A DNA stretch of 37,259 nt from the NCBI GenBank assembly GCA_964423085.1, contig CAYRDB010000003.1, forward strand, positions 1 to 37,259, written 5' to 3'. Shown piece by piece: positions 1 through 9,427 of this stretch (position 1 is its first letter; each line of letters opens with the position of its first letter). The notes beneath the pieces were generated by a model. The model searched no databases. It was not told the origin of the DNA and saw only the letters and a program-made list of their open reading frames with translations. A program made the position numbers and the translations under genes. The DNA comes from an uncultured archaeon (lineage in GTDB: Archaea; Aenigmatarchaeota; Aenigmatarchaeia; CG10238-14; SCSR01).

Positions 1-1344
1 GTAGTTTTCAGGCCTTGGTCAGTTATGTCAATGGAGCTCATGTACGACCTGATGGAAAATGAGCTCCAGTCCAACGGGCACAGCCCGGCGTGGTTCCCGG
101 CTTTGATACCAGAGTCTAATTTTAAGAAAGAAAGCTCGCATGTGGAGGGATTCGCGGCAGAAGTCTTCTGGGTCAATGAAGCAGGCAGCGAGAACAAGAA
201 GCTGGAGGAGAGACTCGCGCTCAGACCGACAAGCGAGACTGCGATGTACAAGATGTACTCGATATGGGTTCGCAGCTGGAGGGACTTGCCTCTGAAGATA
301 TACCAGCGCTGCCCGGTTTGGAGGTACGAGGGGAAGGCGACAAGGCCGTTCATAAGAAGCAGGGAGTTCCACTGGATAGAGGCGCATGATGTTTTTGAAA
401 CAAGGGAAGAGGCGGAGAGGCAGGTTCTGCAGGATATGGAAACTACGGAGAAGGTTCTCCACGACCAGTACGCTGTGCCTTTCATTTTCTTCCAGAGGCC
501 TGAGCATGACAAGTTCCCTGGAGCAGTGCACACATATGCGGCCGACGCCCTGATGCCTGATGGGAAAGTATTGCAGCTTCCGTCCACTCATCTCCTTGGC
601 CAGAACTTTTCCAAGCCGTTCGAGATAAAGTTCACTGACAAGGAAGGTAAAGAAAGCTACGCATGGCAGACATGCTACGGCCCAGCGATATCCAGGATAT
701 TCGCTGCAGTCGTAAGCATGCACGGCGACGACAAAGGCTTGGTGATGCCGCCCGCAATAGCGCCGAAGCAAGTAGTCATAGTTCCCATATTCAACGACTC
801 GAACAAGGAGAGCGTGCTGAAGGAAGCGAACTCGCTGAAGAGCATGCTAAAAGATTTCCGCGTGGAATTGGACGGCAGGGAAGGGTGCACTGCCGGATGG
901 AAGTACAACCACTGGGAGATGAAGGGAGTGCCAGTTCGCATAGAGATAGGGCCGAGGGACATCGAGAAGGGGCAGTTTGTGATTGTAAGAAGGGACACTG
1001 GCGAAAAGAGCTTTGTCCAAATAAGCAAAGCCAAGACTGCTGTGAAATCGGCGCTGAAAAGCATACAGAAATCGCTGATAAAGAAGGTTGACAGGGAGCT
1101 GAAGAAAAACATCAGGCAGGCGGGAAGCATGGACAAGCTGAAAGACATTATCAGGGAGAAAGGCGGGCTTGTAAAGGTCCACTGGTGTGGAAGCGTAGAA
1201 TGTGCAGAGCTGATAAGGGCCGAGACAGACGGCGGGGTTATACGGGGGATGTCGCTTAAGGATAATGATTCTAAGACGGCTGGCAGGTGCATACAATGCA
1301 AAAAGGAAGCCGGACAGGTAGTGTACGTCGCAAAGCAGTATTGA
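1..1344 (+). CDS. proS: Prolyl-tRNA synthetase, archaeal/eukaryotic type (5' end cut by window edge)
   Basis: Frame 1 is open from nt 1 (VVFRPWSV precedes the tracked ATG at 25). Class II aaRS/ProRS-like motifs are present (LRPTSET, SREFHWIEAH). A C-terminal Cys-rich domain (HWCGSVEC...CIQC) ends in the Tyr typical of archaeal-type ProRS. Confidence 0.85.
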   Translation, partial: VVFRPWSVMSMELMYDLMENELQSNGHSPAWFPALIPESNFKKESSHVEGFAAEVFWVNEAGSENKKLEERLALRPTSETAMYKMYSIWVRSWRDLPLKIYQRCPVWRYEGKATRPFIRSREFHWIEAHDVFETREEAERQVLQDMETTEKVLHDQYAVPFIFFQRPEHDKFPGAVHTYAADALMPDGKVLQLPSTHLLGQNFSKPFEIKFTDKEGKESYAWQTCYGPAISRIFAAVVSMHGDDKGLVMPPAIAPKQVVIVPIFNDSNKESVLKEANSLKSMLKDFRVELDGREGCTAGWKYNHWEMKGVPVRIEIGPRDIEKGQFVIVRRDTGEKSFVQISKAKTAVKSALKSIQKSLIKKVDRELKKNIRQAGSMDKLKDIIREKGGLVKVHWCGSVECAELIRAETDGGVIRGMSLKDNDSKTAGRCIQCKKEAGQVVYVAKQY

Positions 1345-1427
1345 GGAAAACAAACATATTTAAAAGCAGGCACATAATTAATGTATCATCCAAATTCTAT
1401 CTGGTCCTGGATGAGAAAGTGATTTAA

Positions 1428-2066
1428 TTGGCAAAATTAGAACAACCCGACATAAGGAAAACCGGAACAACGACAATGGGAATAATATGCAAGGACGGTC
1501 TTATCCTGGCTGCCGAGAAAAAGGCAACAATGGGGTACTTGGTCGCCAGCAAGGACACTGAGAAAGTTTACGACATAAACGATTATATTGCAATGACAAT
1601 TGCGGGAGCAAGCGGCGACGCCCAGAGTCTGGTAAGGTACATGAAGGCCGAAGTAAAGCTTTTCGAGATACAGAACCAGAGGAAGATAACTGTCCGAGGA
1701 GCGGCCACGCTGCTGGCAAACATTCTCCAGAACGGTAGGTGGACTTACCAACCTTACATGGTTCAGTTGATAGTGGCTGGGTACAACGGAGGCGCTCACA
1801 TATACAGTCTAGACGCCATCGGTTCAATAGAGGAGGAAAGAAAGTTTTTCTCCACCGGCTCTGGATCTCCGATGGCGCTGGGAGTGTTGGAAGACAGTTT
1901 CACTGAGAACATGACAGTAGAAGAGGCTTCAAAGCTCGCGCAGCGCGCAATAAGGGCCGCAGTCGAAAGAGACATCGCATCCGGCGGAAATGCGATAGAC
2001 GTGATAGCGATAACAAAAGATGGGATAAAGAGAAACACATATCCTATGAGACCTAAGGAGAAGTGA
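1428..2066 (+). CDS. psmB: Proteasome beta subunit (Ntn hydrolase)
   Basis: Short propeptide followed by the catalytic Thr context RKTG|TTTMGIICKDG. The TTG start at 1428 is required to include the active-site Thr, because the first in-frame ATG lies after it. TATA-like ATATTTAAAAG at about 1356-1366. Confidence 0.9.
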   Translation: MAKLEQPDIRKTGTTTMGIICKDGLILAAEKKATMGYLVASKDTEKVYDINDYIAMTIAGASGDAQSLVRYMKAEVKLFEIQNQRKITVRGAATLLANILQNGRWTYQPYMVQLIVAGYNGGAHIYSLDAIGSIEEERKFFSTGSGSPMALGVLEDSFTENMTVEEASKLAQRAIRAAVERDIASGGNAIDVIAITKDGIKRNTYPMRPKEK

Positions 2067-2106
2067 ACTGATTCGAATTGTAAAGCCTGTATTCTGAATT
2101 TATAAG

Positions 2107-3984
2107 TTGATTTTAATGGAAATATTGGACAAAGTTAGGAGCAGTTTGCCAAAGCAGGCGATAAGCAGGGTCGAACTCGAAGGTTCTGAAATAATAGTGT
2201 ACACAAAGAGCCAGGACTTTTTCCGTTCTCACGACTCCGAGATAAAGGAAATAGTGAGCACAATAAAGAAAAGGATAGAAGTCAGGCCTGAAGGCAACCT
2301 GACAATCGACCAGGACGCCGCAAAGAAAATGATAATGGATATTGTGCCGCAAGAAGCGAGCATAAAGGACATCTACTTCGAGCCCGAGAGGAGCATTGTA
2401 ATAATAGCCGCGGAAAAGCCTGGAATTGTCATAGGCAGGGGAGGGGAGACCTTCAGGAAGATAAGGTCGGAGACCATGTGGGTCCCGAGGATAGAAAGGG
2501 TTCCATCAATAAAGTCCGAAATAATAGAAGGTATAAGGAAGGTGATACACAAGGAAGTAAAGTTCAGGAAAAAGTTCCTTAACGACATAGGCACTAGCAT
2601 TTTTACGGAGAGAAAAACAAACCGCGACTGGATAAGGATAATACCGCTAGGCGGATTCAGGGAGGTCGGACGCTCTTGCTCGCTTATCGAGACTCCGAAA
2701 TCAAAAGTTATAATCGATTGTGGGGTGAGCATAGGCGGCACAGACCAGAACAGATATCCAATACTCCAGACGAAGGAATTCGATCCCAGCGAGCTTGACG
2801 CAATCATAGTCACGCACGCACACCTGGACCACTGCGGCATGGTTCCATACCTTTACGAATACGGGTACGAGGGGCCGTTTTACTGCACAACTCCGACAAT
2901 GGATCTTTTTGCAATGCTCTGTCTCGACTATATTGATGTCATGCAGAGGAACGGCGTAAAGCCTCCGTACACAGCCAAGAGCGTGAAGGAGGCTGTAAAG
3001 CACTCTATACCGCTCGAATACGGCGAGGTGTCGGATGTTGCTCCGGATGTGAGGCTGACATTCCAGAACGCAGGCCACATACTGGGCTCAGCGCTTGTGC
3101 ACCTGCATATAGGCGAGGGCATGCACAACATAGTATGGGCGTCAGACATGAAGTACGCGCGCACCACGCTTTTCGAGCCGGCGTTCACAAACTTCCAGAG
3201 GGTGGAGACGCTTGTCATGGAGTCCACGTACGGAGGGGAGGACTGCATTATGCCGCACAGGCAGGAAGTAGAGAGCCAGCTCATGGAAATTATAAACAAG
3301 ACCATGGCCAGGGGAGGGAGTGTTGTAATACCGACATTCTCTGTCGAGAGGTCCCAGGACGTAATGGCTATACTGGCGCAGAACGACTTTCAGTATCCAG
3401 TGTTCATAGACGGAATGATATGGGACGCCACCGGGATATTCACTGCTTATCCTGAATATATGTCAAGGAACATACAACGCGACATATTCAACAACCAGGA
3501 TCCGTTCGTGAACAAGATATTCAAGAGAATCGCATCCCAGTCTGAAAGGGAGAAATGCTGGGACGAGAAGCCTTCGGTCATACTTTCAACTTCTGGAATG
3601 TTGCTTGGAGGCCCTATCATGGAGCATCTTAAAGCGCTAGCTGAGGACCCGAAAAACACTCTTGTACTAGTGTCATACCAAGCAGAGGGAACTCTTGGAA
3701 GAAGGATACAGCGCGGCTGGAGGGAGTTGCCAATTTCAAGCGACAATGGAAAGACCAACACAATACCAATAAACATGGAGGTCTACACGCTTGAAGGTCT
3801 CTCCGGACACAGCGATAGGAACCAGCTTCTCAGCTTCATAAGCAGGCTGGGATCAAAACCCAGCAAGGTTCTGGTGTGCCACGGAGAGGTTAAAAGGTCC
3901 CTTGACCTGGCGAGAAGCATACACAGGATATTCAAGATAGAGACATGCGTGCCTAAGAACCTCGAAGGAATTAGGCTGAAATAG
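2107..3984 (+). CDS. fttA: aCPSF1/FttA-type beta-CASP metallo-beta-lactamase ribonuclease with N-terminal KH domains
   Basis: KH-like GxxG (VIGRGGETFRKI), MBL motif HAHLDHCG, and beta-CASP C-terminal histidines (GHSD, CHGE). Length is about 620 aa. The first ATG is at 2116; the tracked start at 2107 is TTG. Confidence 0.85.
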   Translation: MILMEILDKVRSSLPKQAISRVELEGSEIIVYTKSQDFFRSHDSEIKEIVSTIKKRIEVRPEGNLTIDQDAAKKMIMDIVPQEASIKDIYFEPERSIVIIAAEKPGIVIGRGGETFRKIRSETMWVPRIERVPSIKSEIIEGIRKVIHKEVKFRKKFLNDIGTSIFTERKTNRDWIRIIPLGGFREVGRSCSLIETPKSKVIIDCGVSIGGTDQNRYPILQTKEFDPSELDAIIVTHAHLDHCGMVPYLYEYGYEGPFYCTTPTMDLFAMLCLDYIDVMQRNGVKPPYTAKSVKEAVKHSIPLEYGEVSDVAPDVRLTFQNAGHILGSALVHLHIGEGMHNIVWASDMKYARTTLFEPAFTNFQRVETLVMESTYGGEDCIMPHRQEVESQLMEIINKTMARGGSVVIPTFSVERSQDVMAILAQNDFQYPVFIDGMIWDATGIFTAYPEYMSRNIQRDIFNNQDPFVNKIFKRIASQSEREKCWDEKPSVILSTSGMLLGGPIMEHLKALAEDPKNTLVLVSYQAEGTLGRRIQRGWRELPISSDNGKTNTIPINMEVYTLEGLSGHSDRNQLLSFISRLGSKPSKVLVCHGEVKRSLDLARSIHRIFKIETCVPKNLEGIRLK

Positions 3985-5277
3985 CTAGTAAGGATATCCC
4001 AGTCCTAGGCTGAACTTGTATATTTCCATCATGTCCCTGCTTTCCACGTTTATGTAAGACGTGAGGTACCCCACATTAAGTCCGGATACTTCGCTTGTTT
4101 CCTCGTGGTTGGACGCCCATAATATCAGAGAAGTTGCCAACGCTCTTTCGTCGTCTTTCCAAACATCTAGGGTGGGCGCCCATGCTATTCTCGAGCCGGC
4201 AATCTGATCAACTATTGCGCTTGGGTACAGTGATTTTAAGAGAATTCTCGAATCGTCGCCGTTCACAGGCTCTATGTGAGGGCTCTTCCAAGTTCCTCCA
4301 GACATGAAAGAAAGAAATCCGTCAAAGACATAGTCGGGCCTGAAGGATGCCATCATTACAGTCTCGCCCTCGACATAGTTTAGAAAGAAGTTGTAGCCGC
4401 CTAGAGAAAATCCTCCCATCTCTTCTACCAGCTCATCTCTAGTCCCGTCGCCGTTTGTATCGAACCATACCGAGTCGTTGTCGCATATCCAGAATGTGTA
4501 GTTTACTCCCCTTAGTGCTATTGCGCCTCCTGACACTGGATTGTATGAGCAGCCGTCTATAGACTCTCCTGAGCGGTCTGTGATGAACGGCATCGGGATG
4601 TGGTAAAAGTATTTGTGAATCGAGTGAGTCACTTGTGAAGAGCTAGAAGGATTGTTGAAAATAGTCGAACTCATTTTATTGCTTGAGGAGCCAACCCACT
4701 TTAGACCGAAAGTGCCCGACTGCACTGAGTCAACTTGGCTTTCTACGTCAAAGTCCACGAATTCGACAATCCCGTTGCCGCTGGATATATATTCTGAGAT
4801 GAGCTGCGAATATGGAACCAGATTGACATAACCGTATATCACAAGCGCGTCCGAATTTGTTATACACGGACTCGGAGAATCCAGGTCCGCCTTGCAATAA
4901 GATATGTTGATGTTCCTTTCGTTCAGCTTAACTGAAGAGGCCCTCTCGTAGAGGTCGTGAATCACGGAATCGCTGCATACGCACGCGACTCTAACATCGG
5001 ACTTTATGGTACCGTCTGTCTCGCTCCAAAGTATCACATTCTCTTCTGGAAACAATATCGAGAAATATTCGTCAATCATGCTGTCGTCGAAAGCGTAGCT
5101 GTGCAAGTCCCCTGTTCTTTCCAGGAGCACGGTAGTGTCCCTAGCCTTCAGCACTGTATACGCGTCACCCCACTTGTTCTTGTAGTCTGTGTCCGGAAAG
5201 AATATGGCGAACGAGACGAAAAGAGTTATGACTACTGCCACCAGCTCGATTATGTTTATGACACCTTTGCTTTCCAT
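3985..5277 (-). CDS. Large pilin-like protein with class III (type IV prepilin-like) signal peptide; possible adhesin or minor pilin
   Basis: N-terminus MESKG|VINIIELVAVVITLFVSFAIFF has a short charged leader, K-G, then a hydrophobic helix. It is followed by about 400 aa with no family I recognise. Its ATG directly follows the stop of the upstream pilin gene (5278-5280). Confidence 0.6.
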   Translation of the reverse strand: MESKGVINIIELVAVVITLFVSFAIFFPDTDYKNKWGDAYTVLKARDTTVLLERTGDLHSYAFDDSMIDEYFSILFPEENVILWSETDGTIKSDVRVACVCSDSVIHDLYERASSVKLNERNINISYCKADLDSPSPCITNSDALVIYGYVNLVPYSQLISEYISSGNGIVEFVDFDVESQVDSVQSGTFGLKWVGSSSNKMSSTIFNNPSSSSQVTHSIHKYFYHIPMPFITDRSGESIDGCSYNPVSGGAIALRGVNYTFWICDNDSVWFDTNGDGTRDELVEEMGGFSLGGYNFFLNYVEGETVMMASFRPDYVFDGFLSFMSGGTWKSPHIEPVNGDDSRILLKSLYPSAIVDQIAGSRIAWAPTLDVWKDDERALATSLILWASNHEETSEVSGLNVGYLTSYINVESRDMMEIYKFSLGLGYPY

Positions 5278-5802
5278 TTACCACACCTGCACTATTAGCT
5301 CCCCATACTCGAAACTTCCGTCAGCGTCCGAGTCGAACGCCACGAGCCTCTTTGTAGAGGCCACTGAAGCGCTTGTCACAGGAGTTCCGCAATCTATGAG
5401 GACCTCTCCTGTAGGCTTTTCAACCAGCATTATAGAAAAGTCGTTGTCCGCGCCTATCAGGGATTTTATTTTAGCATAGTTTGAACCGCTGCCGCACATT
5501 TGCTCGAGCTTTGTTATTTTGGAAAATGAAACCATATTAGTCTTGTTGTAGGACATGTCCAAAAGCCCGACTTTTTTCACTACGCTAGATGACAGGGTCT
5601 CCCAGTTCTCAGGATAGCCATAATCGTTTATGATGGCCTCGCTTATCCTGTAAGACTCCGACCTTATTATGGCTTGATTGACCTGAGCGGTATACGACGG
5701 GGTGACGTCCAAAATCCTCAATGAAAAGTATGACGCGAAAGCTATGAAGAGTATGAGCACTGTGAAGAATTCTACATTGAACTGCCCCTTAGCGGATATC
5801 AA
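5278..5802 (-). CDS. Type IV pilin-like protein (class III signal peptide), re-annotated TTG start
   Basis: The tracked ORF 5278..6075 overlaps the upstream platform gene. The only start that keeps the hydrophobic N-terminus is TTG at 5802-5800, forming a TTGA overlap with the upstream TGA stop (5801-5799). This gives (M)ISAKG|QFNVEFFTVLILFIAFA, with Glu at +5 as in bacterial type IV pilins. Confidence 0.6.
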   Translation of the reverse strand: MISAKGQFNVEFFTVLILFIAFASYFSLRILDVTPSYTAQVNQAIIRSESYRISEAIINDYGYPENWETLSSSVVKKVGLLDMSYNKTNMVSFSKITKLEQMCGSGSNYAKIKSLIGADNDFSIMLVEKPTGEVLIDCGTPVTSASVASTKRLVAFDSDADGSFEYGELIVQVW

Positions 5803-6776
5803 ACTCCCAACACCCCGAAGTATACAAGGAAGTAGAACGCACCGAATGTTATTGCAACCAGTACTAGGCTGTGCTTTATACCGGCTGTAATTGAATTCTC
5901 GCCTATCTGACCAGCCACCAGCCCGGAGAACATCGACTGTATTATGCTCATGAAAAAGAACAGGGAGACGTAGTATGAGGCTATGGTGTCCGCCTGTATT
6001 GAGAAAATATATGCCGAAACCCAGTTGAAGAGCCCGCATACCGCGCAGTCCGCTGGGCCGAAGCAGCTCGCGCACGGATTGCTTATGCCTATTGAAGACA
6101 TTCCTCCCATGCTTCCTCCGGAGACCTCGAATATAGGTATCATCATGTTGTTTATCGCCACAACTATTCCTATGAATATGAAAGAGAGCGCGTACATCAG
6201 GACCACATACTGGTTTAGCATGCTCCTCCTTTCCTTTTCGGCATCCTCGAGTATGTTCGAGTTGTTCGACACTGTTTCCAAAGTGGATACTACATCTCCC
6301 CCTGAAAGGTGAGCTTCCCTTATTATCTTGACGCTGGTGTAAAGCCTCTTGCTTCGCTTTATCCTTTCGGCGAACTGGTCGAGAACCTTTTCGAGAGGTA
6401 TTCCCCAGGTGAGCTGGTTTGCCATTTTCTGCACTTCCTTAGACAGTTTGCCGTAGTCGAACTTGCTTATTATCACTATTGCCTTGTGCAGCGGCATGCC
6501 CGACCTAACCGACTCTATCATGTCCCTGAGGAAGACGGGGAACTTTTCCTCCATGTATTTCAGGTTTCTGAACTTTTCGTATATGAAAAGGAACTGAGGA
6601 ACCGAAACCATTAGCGTGGAGAGGAGTATGGCGTTTGCTGTGACTCCCATGTTTCCGCTCACAATTCCAAGAGTTACGAACAGCACTGAACATACTGAAG
6701 TGAGCAGAAGCACCTGCCTGTCCTTTCTCATCTTAGAGAAGGGGTTTGACTTTTTTGAAATTTTGTTAGTCATCAT
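5799..6776 (-). CDS. FlaJ/TadC-like polytopic platform protein, single T2SSF-type domain (second half-size paralog)
   Basis: Has an FPVFLRDMIESVRSGMPLHKAI...WGIPLEKVL...HLSGGD pattern typical of GspF/TadC/FlaJ domains, flanked by TM helices. Overlaps the upstream gene by 4 nt. Confidence 0.75.
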   Translation of the reverse strand: MMTNKISKKSNPFSKMRKDRQVLLLTSVCSVLFVTLGIVSGNMGVTANAILLSTLMVSVPQFLFIYEKFRNLKYMEEKFPVFLRDMIESVRSGMPLHKAIVIISKFDYGKLSKEVQKMANQLTWGIPLEKVLDQFAERIKRSKRLYTSVKIIREAHLSGGDVVSTLETVSNNSNILEDAEKERRSMLNQYVVLMYALSFIFIGIVVAINNMMIPIFEVSGGSMGGMSSIGISNPCASCFGPADCAVCGLFNWVSAYIFSIQADTIASYYVSLFFFMSIIQSMFSGLVAGQIGENSITAGIKHSLVLVAITFGAFYFLVYFGVLGV

Positions 6777-7648
6777 TCTCCACCTGGCGTTATCGACTTT
6801 ACCATCAAAATGAACAGTATGGATATCAAAGGCATGAACGCGAATATGAGTATGAACTGGAGCACTACCGTGTCGGACGTGTTGGCTGTGGATGATATTC
6901 CTGACATTATCGAAGTCAGTATTGTGAAGAATATTGTTCCAAGCACTATAGAAGTCAGGTACACCTCTATGTAGATTGTGAGTTGGTGGGCGAACTCGTA
7001 CAGCTTCCTTTTGTAGTCTCCGACCATGCCCACTGCAGTCTCCTTTAGGTACACGCTAAGGTCGCTTCCAGTCCTCATGGTTGAAAGCATTCCCCACAGC
7101 ATCTCCTTGAGCATCTTAGACGGAGACCTCTCGACAGCCTTCTCCAAAGCGGTGTTCACATCAAGTCCAAAAACGTCTATATCGTTCTGTATGAACTGTA
7201 TCTCCTCGGTCAGCTCCCCGTACTTGCTGAACTTTGCAAATATCTCGAATATCTTGTGTACAGGAAGCTTCGCGCTGGCTACTGTGGAAAGGTAAAGCGC
7301 CGCGAAAGGCAACTCGTTGTCTATCTTCTTCGCCCTCTCCCTTATCAATATCTTCGGGTAATTCATCATCAGCAAAAAGCATCCGACTGTCACCAATATG
7401 CTTAGAGTGAAGGATGTGACAAAGCTGAAAAGAAAGTTCTGGAACACGAAACCGAAAACGAACGAAAGTGCGGGAAACGATGAAAGGAAAACTATGAAGC
7501 ATGTCATTATTGAGATGCTTATGTACTCCTGGAGTGAGAGCTTTATCCTGGCCCGCTTGAGATCAGACTTGAGGCCGTCGAAGTAGAAAGCTACGCTGTC
7601 GCTAAACTGGCTGAACATTCTAAAAGATATCTTTGTATAAAATCCCAT
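6773..7648 (-). CDS. FlaJ/TadB-like polytopic platform protein, single T2SSF-type domain (first half-size paralog)
   Basis: N-terminal TM helices, then ELPFAALYLSTVASAKLP...GLDVNTALEKAV...RTGSDL, then C-terminal TM helices. Lies 21 nt downstream of the ATPase gene. Confidence 0.75.
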   Translation of the reverse strand: MGFYTKISFRMFSQFSDSVAFYFDGLKSDLKRARIKLSLQEYISISIMTCFIVFLSSFPALSFVFGFVFQNFLFSFVTSFTLSILVTVGCFLLMMNYPKILIRERAKKIDNELPFAALYLSTVASAKLPVHKIFEIFAKFSKYGELTEEIQFIQNDIDVFGLDVNTALEKAVERSPSKMLKEMLWGMLSTMRTGSDLSVYLKETAVGMVGDYKRKLYEFAHQLTIYIEVYLTSIVLGTIFFTILTSIMSGISSTANTSDTVVLQFILIFAFMPLISILFILMVKSITPGGE

Positions 7649-7669
7649 TCAGACACCTGGCTCTGCGAA

Positions 7670-9427
7670 TCACATCTGCTCCATTATCATGGAGATGACG
7701 CGCTGCGGATAATTATAGTACATCGTTATCACCTTGTTCACATTCTCAAAGTCCTTGATATTCTTGTCCTGCATCCACTTGAGAACAAGCATCCTTCTCT
7801 GAAGTTCGTCCTGTATTTCCTTCTCCTTCATGCCGGTTCTTTCCATTATCTTTTTCAGCATAATGCTCTTCTCTGCAGAATCGAACTTGTCGTTCGCAGA
7901 GTTCCACTTGAAGACGGAGTTGACAAGAGGCTTTTTGCTGTCGCTGTCAAACTCTATCATCTCGACAACCTCGCTTGTCCTCCTAACGAACTTGTTTTTG
8001 TACTTCATTCTTGCCAGGAAGACCATCAAATCCAGGCTGCCTATGAGTCCAGGCGGAAGGGATATCGGCTGCGTTGTAAGCCTGTCCATAAGCTTAGGCA
8101 TGTTCTCTGCGTGTATGGTGGCTAGCGACGGGTGGCCAGTAGCCATCTGCTGGAATAGTATGTACGCCTCCCTGCCTCTTACTTCGCCCACTATGATGTA
8201 GTCCGGCCTCTGTCTGAAGCTTTCTTTCAACAGGTCGAACAAATCCACACCCCCCTTCTCTCCGGAGCCGGCGTCGTCTATGCTTGTCCTTGCTACAGTG
8301 GGTACCCAGTGCGGATGCGGAAGCTTGAGCTCGGCCGTGTCCTCTATGCTGACAATCTTCTTGTCAGGCCTTATGAACAATGACAGAACGTTCAGCAGAG
8401 ACGTCTTTCCTGACGCTGTGCCTCCTGAAACAAGTATGCTCGCGCCGTTGTCTATCACAAACCAGAGGTATGCCATGGTCTTGATGTCTATGGTGTTGTA
8501 CTCCAATATGTGGACTGGAGTAAGCGGCTTGCTCGTGAACTTTCTTATTGTGAAATTGCTTCCCCTCCTAGCTATGTCAGTGGCCAGTGTGGCCTGAAGC
8601 CTGCTCCCATCTGGAAGGGATCCGTCTATGAGAGGCTCTGCAACCGATATTGTCTTGCCACAAAGCTGCGAAAGCCTTGTTATAAAAGAGTCGAGCTTTA
8701 GGTCGTTGTCGAAAGACACGTTTGTGCTCAGGGAGCCCAGCGAAGAGTTTCGATGGAATACGAATATCGGTATGTTCACGCCGTCGCAGCTTATGTCCTC
8801 TATGTTCTCGTCCCGCATGAGCGGCTCTATCTGGCCCATGCCTACAAAATCCCTCTCGATATAGTACTTGAGCACCTGCTTCTCGGACTCGTTAATCCTA
8901 AATCCGAAATAGTCCACAAGCTCGTCCATCTGCTTGTGAAGATACCCCAAAGATTCGAACTTTTTCAGCTTTGAAAAGTCAACATCAAGCCTCTGTTCCA
9001 GAAGGTCTTTTATCTTCACAAGTATCTCGCTCAGTTTTGGGGACAGCTCAGGTTCGCTGAGAGAGTACACGTACTTGTGAGCCTTGTCGTCCCAGTATAT
9101 CCTGGCGTACGCGAAAACCGGCTCGCCTTTCTTCGGTTTTGAAGGTATCAGCGGGTACACTATGTCCTGCAGCCTCTCCTCTTCTTCCTCCATTTTGGAC
9201 AGGTGGACGCCTTTGAACTTCATAGTAGGAAGGGCTATTCCCTTTTCAGATATTAGAGCTTCCGCAGTACCGGAGAACTTTTGAACGGCCGGTTCCTGAG
9301 AAGTCTGGACAGCGGCAATAGGCGGCTGCTCCACCACCTTCACTGGGAGGGGCTGCCTGGATACTGTCTTCTGGTTAAGCACCTTGTACCCCTTCACCAA
9401 TTTTGTCAAAACTACTTTGCCTATCAT
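7670..9427 (-). CDS. FlaI/TadA/PilB-family secretion ATPase (type IV filament assembly ATPase)
   Basis: Walker A SGGTASGKTSLLN, Walker B-like DYIIVGEVRG, His box TGHPSLATIHA, and the archaeal FlaI-like N-domain (VYPLIP...YSLSEPEL). Confidence 0.9.
   Translation of the reverse strand: MIGKVVLTKLVKGYKVLNQKTVSRQPLPVKVVEQPPIAAVQTSQEPAVQKFSGTAEALISEKGIALPTMKFKGVHLSKMEEEEERLQDIVYPLIPSKPKKGEPVFAYARIYWDDKAHKYVYSLSEPELSPKLSEILVKIKDLLEQRLDVDFSKLKKFESLGYLHKQMDELVDYFGFRINESEKQVLKYYIERDFVGMGQIEPLMRDENIEDISCDGVNIPIFVFHRNSSLGSLSTNVSFDNDLKLDSFITRLSQLCGKTISVAEPLIDGSLPDGSRLQATLATDIARRGSNFTIRKFTSKPLTPVHILEYNTIDIKTMAYLWFVIDNGASILVSGGTASGKTSLLNVLSLFIRPDKKIVSIEDTAELKLPHPHWVPTVARTSIDDAGSGEKGGVDLFDLLKESFRQRPDYIIVGEVRGREAYILFQQMATGHPSLATIHAENMPKLMDRLTTQPISLPPGLIGSLDLMVFLARMKYKNKFVRRTSEVVEMIEFDSDSKKPLVNSVFKWNSANDKFDSAEKSIMLKKIMERTGMKEKEIQDELQRRMLVLKWMQDKNIKDFENVNKVITMYYNYPQRVISMIMEQM

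Noticed and set aside
28-771. 247-aa minus-strand ORF, plus 675..1373 and 847..1353 minus-strand ORFs
   Set aside because: These are antisense shadows of the strongly recognisable proS frame, with low-complexity, Cys/Arg/Leu-rich translations and no motifs.
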